A DNA stretch of 64,000 nt from Microthyrium microscopicum (GCA_010405405.1 MU004231.1:2970401-3034400), one strand, 5' to 3'; shown: positions 24,928 to 38,641, numbered from the stretch's first letter. A program made the numbers and translations. The notes: generated by a model from the letters alone, not told the origin.

Positions 24928-27900
24928 ATGGCGGACGACAGTCGCAATACTCGTTCAACGCCATCTTCGCGACGAAACTCTGATAGTTCTATGGTGCAGG
25001 CTACCGCAGGTGGACAAACATCACAATCTCCCAGTTTGGGCAGCAGTTCGGTATTGCCCGAGCCATCTCGACGGCGACCTGCTCCTCTGACCACTCAAAC
25101 GGAAGACTACGGTATGTCTATAACCGGGACACACTTGTTTTCATTACTTGATAGAAAGCATGATGTGACAACAACCAATGTGTTGGCTGCCGTCCGCTAA
25201 CTGATACTAGGTACCATACCGCGACAAGGACTTCAAACTACCTTGCCAAAGAAACCACCAGCCCCTCGACGAGTATCATCTCAATACCCACACAAAGGCC
25301 AAGAATTCTCTGTTGACGACGCTGAGGATGAAATTGACCCAGCGACCTTGGCGAGAGCAAAAAAGCTTGAACGACAAGCAAAAACAGCTACTGGCTCTAT
25401 CAGAAGCCAATCTACCCTACGGCGGCGACCAACAGCGCAAGTTCCATCCTTAGCCAGAGTTACCTCCGCCGAGGAGGAGCAAGAGGAGCTGGAACCAGAA
25501 TTAGAACAACGACCCATGTCTACAGTGCCCACGGTCAAAGATGATGATAGTGATCAGGAAGAGCTTATTGAACAAGTAGAAGAGCCCCTCGAAAATGAAG
25601 CTAGTGAAGAAGATGACGAAGATGAGGAAGATGATGGGGATCTGAGTGACGCCGAAAGCTTTACCCTGAAAGATCGCCAGGAAGCCATCAACGAAACGCA
25701 TCCATTTGGCATTCGCATCTGGAAACCAGCGTTATATAAAAAGAATCGGTCGGTCCAAAAGACAGCTGAAGACGAGATACACTCTAGCCCTGGCCTCAAC
25801 GTCAGTAGATGGTTGATACTATTCAACTATCTCTGGACTATTTGTTTCGGCTGGTGGCTTTGCTTAGTATGTTTTGCATGCGCCATTATATGCTACGTGA
25901 CAGGCGCCATCTCTAAAGACGCCATTGCGTACGGGCATCTACTGCTTGGGCTCTCTGGCTACCTCTTCTATCCGTTTGGAAAGTTTGTAAAGTTATTTCA
26001 AGAAGCTGCTTATGCGGAAGAAGACGAGGGTGATGGTCGGAGTATCAGCGAGTTCGAACAATGGCAAAGTGGAGACATTGAGGAAGGTCGATTAATCTTT
26101 GGGCCACCCACCATGAATCGATCTCTCATCGGACGACGACGGACAAGTGTAGAATCGACAGATGAGACTACCAGCCTTTTAGGGCGACATCGCCGTGGAG
26201 AAAGCCATACTCCAACAGGTCAATCAAAAACTCGCTTCTTCGGTAGAGGCAAGTGGAATATCGGCAGAGTGGTCTTCTTCATACTCTTTCATGTCATCAT
26301 GTCGCCTTGCATCCTGATAGCATGCGGTCTTTCTTGGTTCGGCGTTTTCAGCATTCCAATGGGTAAATTAACCTGGCTTATATGGGACCACGTTCGAAGA
26401 CATCCATTGGCTCTATCTTTCCATTCCCAAAACGGAGACGTGCGACAACCTAACGAGGCTCCTTCAGTTGTGCTAGTATGCACCTACCGGGCCGTGGGCT
26501 TGAAGTACTGGAAATATACTATCGATGGCACCAACATCTTCCTATTCAATCTACTTGGAATAGTTGGCTTTACCATTTTCGACTACTATGTCCTTGCAAA
26601 AGTACTACACGGCTCCTTCATCGCTTCACAAGGCCTAATCTTCATCTTGGGACTTTTATCAGTCATACCTCTGGCTTACTTCATCGGCCAAGCAGTCGCG
26701 TCAATCTCTGCCCAGTCTTCCATGGGAGTAGGAGCAACTGTCAATGCCTTCTTTTCCACTATTGTTGAAGTCTTCTTGTATTGTGTCGCTTTGAAGGAAG
26801 GGAAGGCTCAGTTGGTTGAGGGCAGTATTATTGGCAGCATTTTTGCCGGTATCCTCTTTCTCCCGGGCATTTCAATGTGCTTTGGCGCCTTGAAGCGAAA
26901 GACTCAGCGCTTCAATGTGAAATCAGCAGGTGTCACATCAACTATGATGTTGTTTGCCATGATTGGAGCCTTTGGTCCAACTCTTTTCTACCAAATATAT
27001 GGCAGTGTAAGTACCAGATAATCCACATTTCTATACACATATACTAATGTTCACAGCATGAGCTTAGATGCCACGATTGCAAGAACCCGTTGCCTGATGG
27101 TCGCGACTGTCGCCGCTGTTTCTTTTCCCAGACGCCCGCCGTACACGACGCTTTTTGGAAGGACGCCGTATTGCCATATACTTGGTTCGCTGCAACTGCG
27201 TTGTTCTTGTCATATGTCATCGGATTGCTCTTCACTCTTCGAACACATGCCGCCATCATCTGGACAACTGAGCTAGATGAAAAAAGAGTAGCAGAGCAAA
27301 GCCAAATGACCAGTCTCGTTCTGAACGCAAGCCCAGAAGCTTTGACTAGAACTCAGACTGGTACAATTGTAGCTCCCAACCGCGCTGATATTCGGGATAC
27401 GCAACTTTATCAACGAATTCTAGGTCAGTCCCTGAGACAGAATGGAGTTGTGGCCCCTGAAGGGAGTAGGAGCCCCAGTCAACCGATGAAATCGCCACAT
27501 ATTGTGCCACCAAAGGCTCGAGACGGCGATGTGCCAGGATTGCACTTGGAGCGTTTATCAGATTCCGAGAACCGACTTTTAACCCAGCAGATGGCAGAAA
27601 TGGCAGCAACTGCTGCAGCGGTCGCTTCTAGAGATGCGTCAACCAGACTAACAAGAAAGCCTTCACACCACCCATCAAATCACACCACCCATCCTACCCA
27701 AGCGATCGAACGACCTGCAACTACACGTCATACTACTGCAGCAGCCGAGATCGATGCTGCTCTACATCCGGACGCACATGGCGTTCAAGCCGGCGGGCAC
27801 GATGCTCCCAATTGGAGTAAGAAAAAGAGTGCCATCATCCTCATTACTGCGACTATTGCATATGCGATCCTTGCCGAAATATTGGTCACCACAGTGGATG

Positions 27901-28513
27901 TAGTACTCAACAACGTTGCAATTGATGAGAAGTTCCTTGGTGTCACTCTGTTTGCTCTTGTTCCCAATACCACTGAGTTTTTGGTAAGTACCTTATCGAG
28001 CCATTTTGCCTCAGTAACGCTAATACTCGTCAGAATGCCATTTCCTTCGCAATGAATGGTAACATTGCCTTATCCATGGAAATTGGTTCAGCCTACGTTC
28101 TGCAAGTTTGTCTCCTCCAAGTTCCAGCTCTTGTATTCTTCAGCGCCACCTATAGTCGTTACATCAGTATCGAGGACACCCTCGATTATACCTTCAGTAA
28201 GTAACCCAAGCACATGACGCTGCCTGTTGACTAATAACCCGTTTTAGCGCTCATCTTCCCTCAATGGGACATGGTCACCGTGATTCTCTGCATCTTCCTC
28301 CTCAGCTACATGTATGGCGAGGGGAAGAGCAACTATTTCAAAGGCAGCATACTCATTCTGGCGTATGCGGTGGTTATAGTTGGATTTTGGTTTGCGGGCT
28401 TTGATGCCCATGGAATCGCTAGGGGCGTTCGCAGCATTGACACGTTGGCAGTCGGCGATATGTCTACTTTAAGGGGCATGGTGAGCAGTGGAAAGGAGTT
28501 TGATTTGCATTGA
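24928..28513 (+). CDS. VNX1: Vacuolar cation/H+ exchanger (CAX/CaCA family, Vnx1 type)
   Basis: FTLKDRQEAINETHPFGIRIWKPALYKK, YWKYTIDGTN, NAFFSTIVE, GHDAPNWS, ALVPNTTEF; introns near 25112-25210, 27007-27057, 27984-28033, 28197-28248. Confidence 0.92.
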
Positions 28514-28730
28514 TGTTAGCGTTCGGGTTATTGTGCGTCTCAGGTATTAGGCGGGCACATTTTAATTGTATAATAGATTGACCAGATTCGTGGTTGCGAT
28601 CAATTCAAAGCGAGCGAGCGTATGCATTTGATATGGCGCACCAAACTTTTTTCTCCTCTTTTTGAACTCTTCCATCAAATCCTCCTAAAATTCCAGTCTC
28701 CCACTTCTCCATCAATCCCCTAACTAACTC

Positions 28731-29186
28731 TCACGCCATCTTTCCCCAAAACATCCACGCCGCCCTTGCCGTCATCACCGCCAAAACCACACTACTCGAC
28801 ACAAAAATCTTAAACCTCGTCATAACATGATTCCTCGTCCCCTGTTCCAAACTATGCCACACCCTCAATCCCACATATCCCCAAGCCAGTCCCAAATCCA
28901 ACTTGCTCTTCGTTCCCAGCATGACCAGTGCAAGATTTATTGCGTAGAACTGTGTCGGCTGCTCATGCATATGATTGTAATTATCAGCCACCCAGCGGAC
29001 CTGCGGAGGCATAATATTATCGAATTCAGCGCGGGTCATGGAGTTGTGGTATTTCTTCATTTCTGGCTTGGAGAGTTGGGTGAGGCGGGCTTTATACATC
29101 CATATTTCGACTATGAATGTCCAGGCGTTGAGGGTCAGGAGGGGTGCTAGGAGGGCGAGGTTGGGTTGGTGGGATATGCTTGACAT
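28731..29186 (-). CDS. MAPEG-family membrane protein
   Basis: Likely ATG 29186; LLAPLLTLNAWTFIVEIWMY, ADNYNHMHEQPTQFY, LAWGYVGLRVWHS. Confidence 0.85.
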   Translation of the reverse strand: MSSISHQPNLALLAPLLTLNAWTFIVEIWMYKARLTQLSKPEMKKYHNSMTRAEFDNIMPPQVRWVADNYNHMHEQPTQFYAINLALVMLGTKSKLDLGLAWGYVGLRVWHSLEQGTRNHVMTRFKIFVSSSVVLAVMTARAAWMFWGKMA

Positions 29187-29287
29187 TGTGGGTGGTTTGA
29201 TGGGCGAGGTTGGATGAATGGTGGTTGTTGGAGGTTGTGAGAGGTTGTTGGGAGGAAGAACTGGGTGTTGAGAGGAGCAACAATGAA

Positions 29288-29320
29288 GCAGAGCAAAGCA
29301 GAGCAAAGCAGAGCAAGCAG
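29288..29320. repeat. Short tandem repeat (gcagagcaaa)x3
   Basis: Direct reading; upstream of the MAPEG gene. Confidence 0.8.
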
Positions 29321-32300
29321 TGCCTCCGCTTTTAGTTCATTGACGAGTCAAGTGGAGTTTGAAAGTTAAAAAGTTAGGGGCATAACAGGGCATAAGGCTG
29401 AGAGGGGACCAATCATGTCGTGGTTCGTTAAGAGTTTCCTTCCGAAAGGCGTATCGTGAAGTGTTTCCCTCCGAGATATTGGTTGAGTATATATTGTCCT
29501 TTTTCTCGCACAATTTGATATCAAAATGCAAAGCTGTGGAGAGGTTGCATAGCGAAATATATTTCAATTCAGAACATAGGTATCTCAAACCAGATGCAAA
29601 TGGAAGGTGACATATCTGACCGTCATATGTAGCTCAGCATACATCATGAATATAGCCAATACAGACAGATCAGAACCAATACTCAATCTGAGAGGATAAG
29701 AACGCAAATATGTAGATATGTTGAGAGTTCCGGACTTGCTTGAAGTACCACGCCTCCATAACCACTGAGCAGCTTTTGATGGCAGCACTAGCTGCCTTTC
29801 TGACTGGACTTCCACACGATAGATTGCGGTTGGTTTCTTCCTTATAAAGTGAGGTTACCTTATTCCGAGCTATTGTACATGATAGTAGAACATGTATAGC
29901 CTTTGGACCGTTCTCTTGAGGCAGAATTGTAAGATTGACGCAAGCCATGATACGTTCCCCTGCGCTTGGAAACCTGATCGAGGTCATGCAACGAATGTAT
30001 GATTTACTTAACATAGACACAAAGCTTTAGAGCCGGAATATTCTCTATTTCAATGCTAGAGTATTCAATTGCCGGTGACCTGAATTATGTTTGACAGCTC
30101 TCCGACTCCACGCTGAGTTACGCGAAATCAAGTGTTGCCTTCTCCAGCAAGCTCTGAAAATTGCTTTGCTCTATGAGGATATATTTTCTACCATATGCTC
30201 GCTGTGGGATCTCCGACATGGCAGTATTTGCTAATGTTTCAATTTTTGATCTTTGTTGTTGATACAGCCAGCGCAAGTCATACAACCGCGCTGGCAAGCC
30301 GGCAACCATAACTTCACAGAGATAACTCGTCATTATTGCAGTTCGCTGTGGCAGGTAGTGGTAGATAAACCAGTCTGACAGTTAGTAAAAATAGCTGAAG
30401 GCTAAAGTTCACTAATTCTTAGCCGTCATGTATGAAAGCAGAAATGGACTTGAGTTGCTCAGGCGCAACCGGCTGATACTAACCACTTGCAAGTCTTCAG
30501 CCGTGAAAGGCTCAAAGGTTGCAGGATCATCGACTGGGATAAGAAAATCCAGCAAGATATCTGGGGGTTCTACCTGGGCACTGGACAGATTCACCTGTAA
30601 CTAATTACGGTCCAGCATGCCGAGGGCGGAATGATAATTAAACCCGTGGAGTAGGAATAATTGTTGTATGCTTGCAGCGCTTCATGGATTCTTTGGGATC
30701 CTGATTGAGCCTACAGGACTGCCCTACTTCATTTTACTTTTATGATATTGAACACATGCAAGACTGTTGCTTTTCCTTCGAGCTTGCCTTGGTTAGGCTG
30801 CTACGAGTTGCGACCGATACTGGGACTAGGCTGAGGCGATGCTGTGATAGACACTATTGATAGAGGGGCAATACACTTCATTGAAGTGATTGCGCACTAG
30901 TCTGTCGAGGTTCTAGATTTCATCGCCTCCAAAGGTCTTGTCACCTTGTTGTAACGTGCATACGGTACGCTAGAACTTAGTTAGCACGTGGGGTATTAGC
31001 TTGTTGTCGGAAGGATGGAAACCTGTCATTATTGGGATCAGGAATCCAAGATAAAAAGATCATCATTCAAGAACTGTGTATCATGAGGCGGAAAACGTGA
31101 CATAGATATTTGGCTCTTGTGACGTTAATCAAGGCATTCCTGGTCAGAAACGGAACCCTATCAACAGATCCAGATGCAACTTTATGGAATGAAGGGCGGG
31201 ATCAACAAGCACAAACCAAAATGTTTAAAAATATGAACTAGTGGGGAAAAGGCGAGAAAGGGTTTCCTTTTCCTTTAATAGTTCTCAACCAATACACAGG
31301 CGGACAGGCCAAGTGTCGCACATTGGCAAATGTTACCTGTATAAATGGGTCAGGTGGTACGTAAGTAGTCGTGCTCCGCGCGTCACACCTACTATGATAT
31401 TCGTATGGTGTGTGGTGGCTATGGGTCGTTCATAATTTCATACTAGTAGGGTGCGGAGGTACGCGATGCCGTCGCTCTTCTTGGATAAAAGAACTTTTTC
31501 TAGGTTGATAACTTGATGGCATGGAGAGTTTTACGGGTGTGTATTGCCCTATCAGAGGGTCGCAAGGGCGGTTTTAGCCGCGTAACGGGTAATTCAATCA
31601 GAATGTTGTAGACAACTTGGCTCAACAATATGGTTCCACCGTCTTGGCTTTTCTTAGCACCCTGCATTATCGGATCATTGTGGTACTGTGTTGATCCAGC
31701 CCAGCGGTCGAGAGTCGAGGCTGATTTTGGGATTGTAGATAAGAAAGCCAATGGAAATTTAGATCGGCCTTTCGCAGTGCAGATGGATTAATGGATGAAT
31801 GAATGCATCAAGATTAGATGGGAGAAAAAGTAAACCTTCGGATCCCAAGCAGCGCTTGCTGCTCGCACTCTAGCCTGCTGCAGCTGTCAAACCCTGTAAA
31901 GGAAACAAGTGACGTCAGTTCAGGGTCCAATAAATGCCATTAGCGTGGAAAGACAGGGGCGCTACTGCAAGTTGAGGTTAGTTTATATTAGGTTCCATCC
32001 GTTTCACATCAGAATATCAACTTCAGCCAAACATAACTTATCCTCAGAAAGTAGTCATTTCGCCAAAATACTCTCACATATTGTTTTCAAAAATGCAAGG
32101 ACCCTCTGAAATTTTGAGAAGCTTCTTCGCTTGTTCTCTCACTTCAGCCGCGTAAAAGAGCAGGTGGTATTGCTTCTTGTTCACACGGCGGCGCGCCGCA
32201 TAAGAAAAAGACCTAGTCTCAGACAGCCTAGTGACAGTTGAAATCTAGGCCCCAGCGTCCAATTGTTACAGTGGCAGCCTCCACGCTTAGATGCTTGTTT

Positions 32301-32415
32301 GGTTTGTGTGCTTGTGCTTGTGCTTTTTTCCTTCCGGACACAGTTTGACATTGAGTTTTGAGAGGGGGCGCAGCAAACGCGCGCACCCAATTGATATTCG
32401 CCGTAAAGGGGAACA

Positions 32416-32449
32416 AGCCAAGCACCAAGCACCAAGCACCAAGCACCAC
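32416..32449. repeat. Heptamer tandem repeat (ccaagca)x~4
   Basis: Direct reading; ~300 bp upstream of the desaturase ATG. Confidence 0.8.
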
Positions 32450-32755
32450 CAACACGCCTGCCCAGCATGCCAGTAGCGGCCCAGTGCTGAGGTGCTCCTC
32501 CTGTACGGCTGTCGTCCGCGCTTGACCTGTTGCTGCGTACCAGATGGGCCGACTGCTCCTTCCTCGTGGTTGGCGTTGCTTTGGCCCAGTGCCCACCTAG
32601 AAAGGGCAGGGACCATTACCGCTTTGAGTGGGAGAATATAGGGTCACCTCCTTCTGCCTCTGTGAAGACTGCGCCAACTCTAGATTTCAATTCTCATCTG
32701 TCCTTACCATCCTTTTTCGCCGTCCGCTTTTGATTTTCTGTCCACACATTCCACC

Positions 32756-34752
32756 ATGGACACAATCATGGACCGCGATCTCACCCTTTCCTCAAGCGAC
32801 ATCAAGGGTCTCATCGCCGAGGGCCAGACTATTGTCATCTACTCTGGTCTTGCCTTGAAGCTGGATTCCTGGCTCGATAAACATCCTGGAGGACGACTGG
32901 CTATCTTGCATATGGTTGGCAGAGATGCCACCAACGAGATCAATGTGTAAGATAATTCTTCTGAGAGAGCCCAAGAACATGTCGACGTCGCTTGTATTTC
33001 CCAAGCATAATTGCGTGTTCCATTTTTCAAAATACCATCCTCAGAATTAGCCCTCTTTGTCCCACCACTTTTAGCGCGAATCAAAATTCTGAGGTGAGTA
33101 GAGCAGTGTCAAAATATGAATCGTGTTGTCAGTCAGGGAAACCCATGCGCTAATCAGATCTTATGCAGGTACCATCACCTCAAGACTCAGCGGCTTATGA
33201 AAGCTTACCGCATCGGCAAAGTACAGCTACCCTGGACCAACCTCATTCCCCCTCTTCATAAACTCCAACGTACACTCGGAGACAATATCGACGAGGAAAC
33301 TGTTGCATCAGATCTTGGCTCGGATTCCGACTGGAGTGCATCAACTCTAGCTTCATCAGTCGACCTTGAAGCCGAAATTCTCAAGAGCACATGTGACAGA
33401 ATTAGTTCTGCCGAAGAGCTTGCTCCAGGTGTCTGCTCCCGGAAACCCTACACTGCTCAAGATGAAGACCTCTGCTCAGCTCTTGAGGCAAAGTTACCAG
33501 CCTTGACAAAGACAAAATCACTGACTAGAGACGAATACACTGCCAACTGCGAACAAGATGAGATTGATAGCGACGTCCTCGATTATCCATCTCTCGATCT
33601 CGAAACCCAGGAAGCCATCTCCAGAGAGTACAGCGCTCTGCATGAAAGAATCAAAAAGGAGGGATTTTACGTTTGTCGTTACTCGGAATATGGCAAAGAC
33701 TCAATCCGCTGGGCTATACTCTTTGCAGCCTTCATATATTTGCTCCAGGCAAAATGGTACTTGACATCAGCCATGTTCTTGGGCGCGTTCTGGCAGCAGA
33801 TCATGTTCACTGCACATGATGCTGGTCACCGAGGTATCACTGGGAATTTCGTCAAAGATACGTTGATTGGTGCCTTTGTCGCAGACTTTTGCTGTGGACT
33901 TTCAATCGGATGGTGGAAGAGCTCCCATAACGTCCACCATCTGGTCACCAATATGCCCGTAAGTGCCTTTATCCATTCTATAGCTTCAAGTCTAACCAAT
34001 TTCAGGAACATGACCCAGATCTTCAAAATGTCCCTCTATTCGCAACCTCCCCATCATACTTCAAATCAGTTCTAAGCACCTTTTACAATTTCACCTTCGT
34101 CTGGGATGCTGCCGCCGACTTCATGGTGCGATTCCAAAAATATACATACTATCCCGTCATGGCCCTCGCTCGCTTCAACCTCTACTTTCTCTCCTGGTGC
34201 CATCTACTGTCCCCTCGCTCCCAATCCCTTGGATCTGCCTGGTGGACCAAGCCAGTTGAAATCGCTTTCATGAGCTGCTACTGGGCCATTTTTGGCTACG
34301 GTCTCGTCTGGCGCACTCTACCCGACTGGCCAACCCGCGTCGCATTTGTCATGATCTCTCATTGCTTCACCATGCTTCTCCATGTCCAAATCACCCTCTC
34401 TCATTGGGGCATGCCCACTGCCGACCTCGGACCTGGCGAGTCTTTCCCCCAACGCCAACTCCGCACCACCATGGACGTTGACTGCCCAGCCTGGCTCGAC
34501 TGGCTACACGGTGGCCTCCAATTCCAAGTCATCCACCATCTATTCCCACGCGTGCCACGACACAACCTCCGCGCGCTCCAAGTACTAGTACGCGAGTTTT
34601 GCGACAAGACACACATCAAGTACAAGTGCTACGGTTTTGTGGAGGGCAACCACATCGTTCTCAGCCGACTTGAAGAAGTCACCAAAATGGCCGAGACATT
34701 GGTGCAATGCCAGTTGTACATGGCCAGAACTGGAGAGAGTGGTTTGCATTGA
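32756..34752 (+). CDS. SLD1: Cytochrome b5-fused sphingolipid delta-8 desaturase
   Basis: HPGG b5 motif; His boxes HDAGH, WWKSSHNVHH, QVIHHLFP; introns 32947-33168 and 33959-34005. Confidence 0.93.
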
Positions 34753-35089
34753 GCGAAACTTGCATCTTTTTTGTATCAGTAGTTGAATTTGTCTTTCAAT
34801 TTTCTTTGTAAGCGCGGCATAGATCCATAAAATGGGTTTGGCGTTAGGGTAGAACCTGGATTATTAGACCAAAGACCGGTGGAAATCAAGTCCCGGCATC
34901 AATATCAGACTATTAGTATTTTTGCTATTCCATATCGCTATGCTTGCTATATGATCTGCCTAGGAGCCTCTTTCACATTGCAGCAAATTGGTGTGCTCCG
35001 ACCAAAACAGATGTTCGTAATTCACATGCGTTGGGCTGTTCCCATCCACCCTAAGCGTTCCTGACCTCCATACCTTCTAGTCACAACCA

Positions 35090-35945
35090 ATGGCCTGTCC
35101 AGAACTCATAATCGTATGCTGCCATGCAATTTGGCTTGGAGAAGCAGGTTCTAGTGCCAGCGAGGAAAATTGGCTAATCAAACCCTTTCAAAGAGAAGAA
35201 ACACCCACCTTCGTCCAACACCTGCAAACCGGTCTGCAGCTCTTTGCATCCAAGCTATCCGCCGTTCTAGTAGTCTCTGGGTACGATATCCTACCCTTCA
35301 CCTCTCTTGTCCTCAACGAATAGCCATACAACTACTAAACCGTACCTCAGAGCACCCACCCATAAAGAAACACCACGCTCCGAAGCAGGCAGCTATCTCC
35401 TCCTCGCCCAAGCGCACAACTACTGGAACATACTAGGCGAACATCCCTCTCCAGTAGTACTCTCGCGCATTCTAGTGGAGGAGCGAGCACTAGATTCATT
35501 CTATAACGTGGTTTTCTCACTTACGTTGTTTTATACGAATGTGCGCGCTTGGCCGGAGCGGATTACGGTCGTGGCGAATGAGTTCAAGAGGGCTAGGTTT
35601 ACGCAGCTTCATGGTCCGGCTTTGAGGTGGCCGCGGGACAGGTTTATGTATGTGGGTATTGATCCAAACTTTATGAGGCCGGATGATATAATGTTTGATG
35701 AGGAGAGGGCGGAGTCTGTGAGGGCTGGCGAGAGGAGGAATGGTTTTGAGGCTTGGTTGAATGATCCGAGGGGCGTGTTGGAGTTCTTGGAAGGGAAGAG
35801 GAGGGAGAGGAATTGTTGGGGGGTTGATCAGGGGCTTTTTGCTGGCGATGGAGATGGGGTGGTTAGGAAGGAGAGTGGGATCTGTTGGGAAATGGTTGAT
35901 GGGAGGGAAGTTTTGGGGGATGGACGACAGCCTTGGGAGATATAG
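35090..35945 (+). CDS. Conserved fungal protein, DUF218/YdcF-like
   Basis: LIIVCCHAIWLG..W.IKPFQ..ETPTF..H; SG-APT across intron 35281-35350; SEAGSY, EERALDSFYNV.FS, FKRARF. Confidence 0.8.
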
Positions 35946-36610
35946 ACGCGGTATATAGGTTGGAAAAGTCACATCTGATCTGATCAATTGGATGCTTGTG
36001 TGTCGAAATTTATGGTAGAAACCTTAGCGAGGACTCTGATATTCGCCATGTCTGGTAGTGACACTTGAAAGACTGTCATGTAAAAGTGTATTTTACTGCT
36101 CTCAATATCATAACCACTAATCATTGTCAAGGTTTCCTGTCAGCTAGTGCGTGTATCCAGGTTTACGTAGAGCATATATATAATTTCTGAATCAATCGAT
36201 GTCAGGTTCTTATATTCTGTGTGGTATTTATAGGTTTCTGTATAGCGTTGTATCTGCTTCTAGTTGAATTTGGTAGGCAGTAGGCAAACTATTGAAGACT
36301 TGTACCGTAAGCATGATAGATGAAGTCATACCAAAGCAAACTTTTGCAACCCAAAATTCTAGTCAAAACACTTTCCGTTCTTGAAAACCGTCGGTCGTAG
36401 AAATAAAGTTCAGAGACAAACGTCAAATCCGCGTAATGAGAGCTCATCAGCCCAACACCTCTATCAACGTAACTTGATCCATCAACTCTTCAAAATATCT
36501 TTGATGATCTACAACTAGTCGGCTCGAACAGCTTAGTCAAACAACAATCGCAGTTTGTCTCCAAAATTCCATCGTCACTTGCTCACCTCTGACACAAACC
36601 ACAGCCAACA

Positions 36611-37003
36611 ATGCATGCTTCATTGTTCACCTACCTTCTGCTTCCATACATCATCGGCGCCAAACGGACTGGAAAGCGCGTCCTTCCAGCAAATGCTGTA
36701 CCTTACACTGGACTGGTGCAAGGAGTCTACGACAGCATGGTCTGTATCAACAATACCGATATAACAATCGACGACACAGTTACCAAGCTCTGCTGCCGAG
36801 TGGAGCACCAGTTCCAAAAAGAACTTGAAGTCTACTATGATGAGGGATCCAGACGCTGCCAATCAACGGGCTGGGGTGCTAGAGTCAACAAAGAAACCAT
36901 GCATGCGTGTTGCGAGCATTTGGGCCGTTGGTCAATATCTTGGCCAGAGAGTGACCAGAATGGATCCGAACAGGGTAGTGGATATTCTTGGAGGTCGCGT
37001 TGA
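36611..37003 (+). CDS. Small secreted cysteine-rich protein (C-CC-C-CC), effector candidate
   Basis: 130-aa intronless ORF; hydrophobic N-terminus then KRTGKR; 6 Cys. Confidence 0.7.
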   Translation: MHASLFTYLLLPYIIGAKRTGKRVLPANAVPYTGLVQGVYDSMVCINNTDITIDDTVTKLCCRVEHQFQKELEVYYDEGSRRCQSTGWGARVNKETMHACCEHLGRWSISWPESDQNGSEQGSGYSWRSR

Positions 37004-37179
37004 GGATCTATTTGACAGGTAGTGAGCTTTAACAGCTTTGGCGTGGTTTCTTTGGCTAGTTGAACACGGTGGATTTGGTTCTTGGTTGGACTGTTTTCTG
37101 GGGTGCGTTATTGTTTTTGACCAACAGGCTCTCGAATCATAATCTAAAATGTCAGCCATATCATCGCAACGTCAGACGT

Positions 37180-37859
37180 ATACCTACACAATCGGTATCG
37201 AAAGAATCGGCGCCATAAGGAGTCGCATCAGATTGGATGTCCCCAACAGGTTTGATCCCACCCTCTCATACAACGGCTTGCCAGCACTGGAAGCTTTAAA
37301 GTACATCGGAAGATCAAGTCAATATTAGAGAGCGTCAGTATCGGAACGTAAACTTGCCTAGCCACCTACCAACCGGCTTCTTTCACGCCACATGCCATCG
37401 GCATCTTCCCAATACCAAGACCTCGATAATTTGGTTCGACAACAATACTTTTCAAGTATAAGTGTGCCTTGTTGCCCATATACTGTTCGCGCACCTCACT
37501 CAACCTCTTGCTCAACACTTTCCATGCTTCAGCTCTGAATTCGGGAACGAATTCGAAGAGGAGGAGCTATTCAATGTTTCACCTTCAGCGCGATCGTGGG
37601 CAATGACTTCCCAATCTGCACCAGCGACCAGCTCTCCAGTTTCGTTGTCAACAGCCTTAAAGTTCTTGCAATTGACGCTTGATTTGATTCGGTTTTCAGC
37701 CATGATACCAAAACTTGCTTCAGCGGGCTTGTAGTGGTACATTATGGAGAAAACAGGCTCTAAGGCATGGTAGTGTCCTCTCACGAACGCTTCTCGATCT
37801 TAGTTTTCTCGTAGTGATACCGTGAATCGAGTTTTTGGACTGGTGACTGGAGTAGACAT
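37180..37859 (-). pseudogene. GNAT N-acetyltransferase pseudogene
   Basis: FKAVDNETGELVAGADW, then in another frame HLYLKSIVVEPNYRGLGIGK and LPMYFKASSAGKPLYERVG; in-frame TAA at ~37800; frameshift between the first two blocks. Confidence 0.8.
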
Positions 37860-38641
37860 GTTATCGTTAATACACACTGTAATATGGGATTGGTGTAAAG
37901 ATGGCTTAGAAGCTAGCGGGATATCGAGAGAATGGCAGAATTTTGAGACGATGAATGATGGAGAAAGCTGGAAACAAGGTCAACGCGAGGCTATATTGGA
38001 CCATGGTGATTACCTCATCAAGCGAAATGAGTGAGTATGTAGGAATAAGTGAGAAGCGGCATGACTCATATTCTGCAGGTATGAATAGAAGAATCTTGAA
38101 TTGAGATAATAGCGCTGACAAGTCTGAATTCGACATCCAAAGTAGGCCAAAAATCCGAAGCTAAAGATACTTTCATAGTCCGACTCGCATGGCGAACCCT
38201 TCTGAAACAACCCAATGCCCTCATTATCTCCGCTATGATAGAGCCGATCGTCAATATTTCAAGACAGGTCATTGTGCTACGCGTCGTGATATGTGCCGAG
38301 TCAAATCATAGAGGACTCGCGGCTACTGGGACTTGATCTATAGTTCCCTGGAAGTTTGCCAGATAGCGGATGGAGACTAAGCAACACCCAAGACTTTTGA
38401 AGCCGAAAGAGTACGCAGAAAGGCTTTCGAAGGATGAAGATGGTGCGAGGAGACGAATATCATATGGAGATGATTTGGTGGTGGTTGGAAAGAGCGCCAA
38501 GACATTTTTTGTTCCTCCAAAATTTCGAATTGAAATTTTCTGGAAACTTTCTTCACACCGCATCAGCGTTCCACTAACGCATTTTACAACCTCTTTTTGC
38601 CTCACGACTAGCCTTGATATACTTCCAATTACTACTCCATC

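Noticed and set aside
32955..33100. TPP riboswitch in the desaturase intron (CTGAGA present)
   Set aside because: The remaining TPP aptamer core is absent and the gene is unrelated to thiamine.
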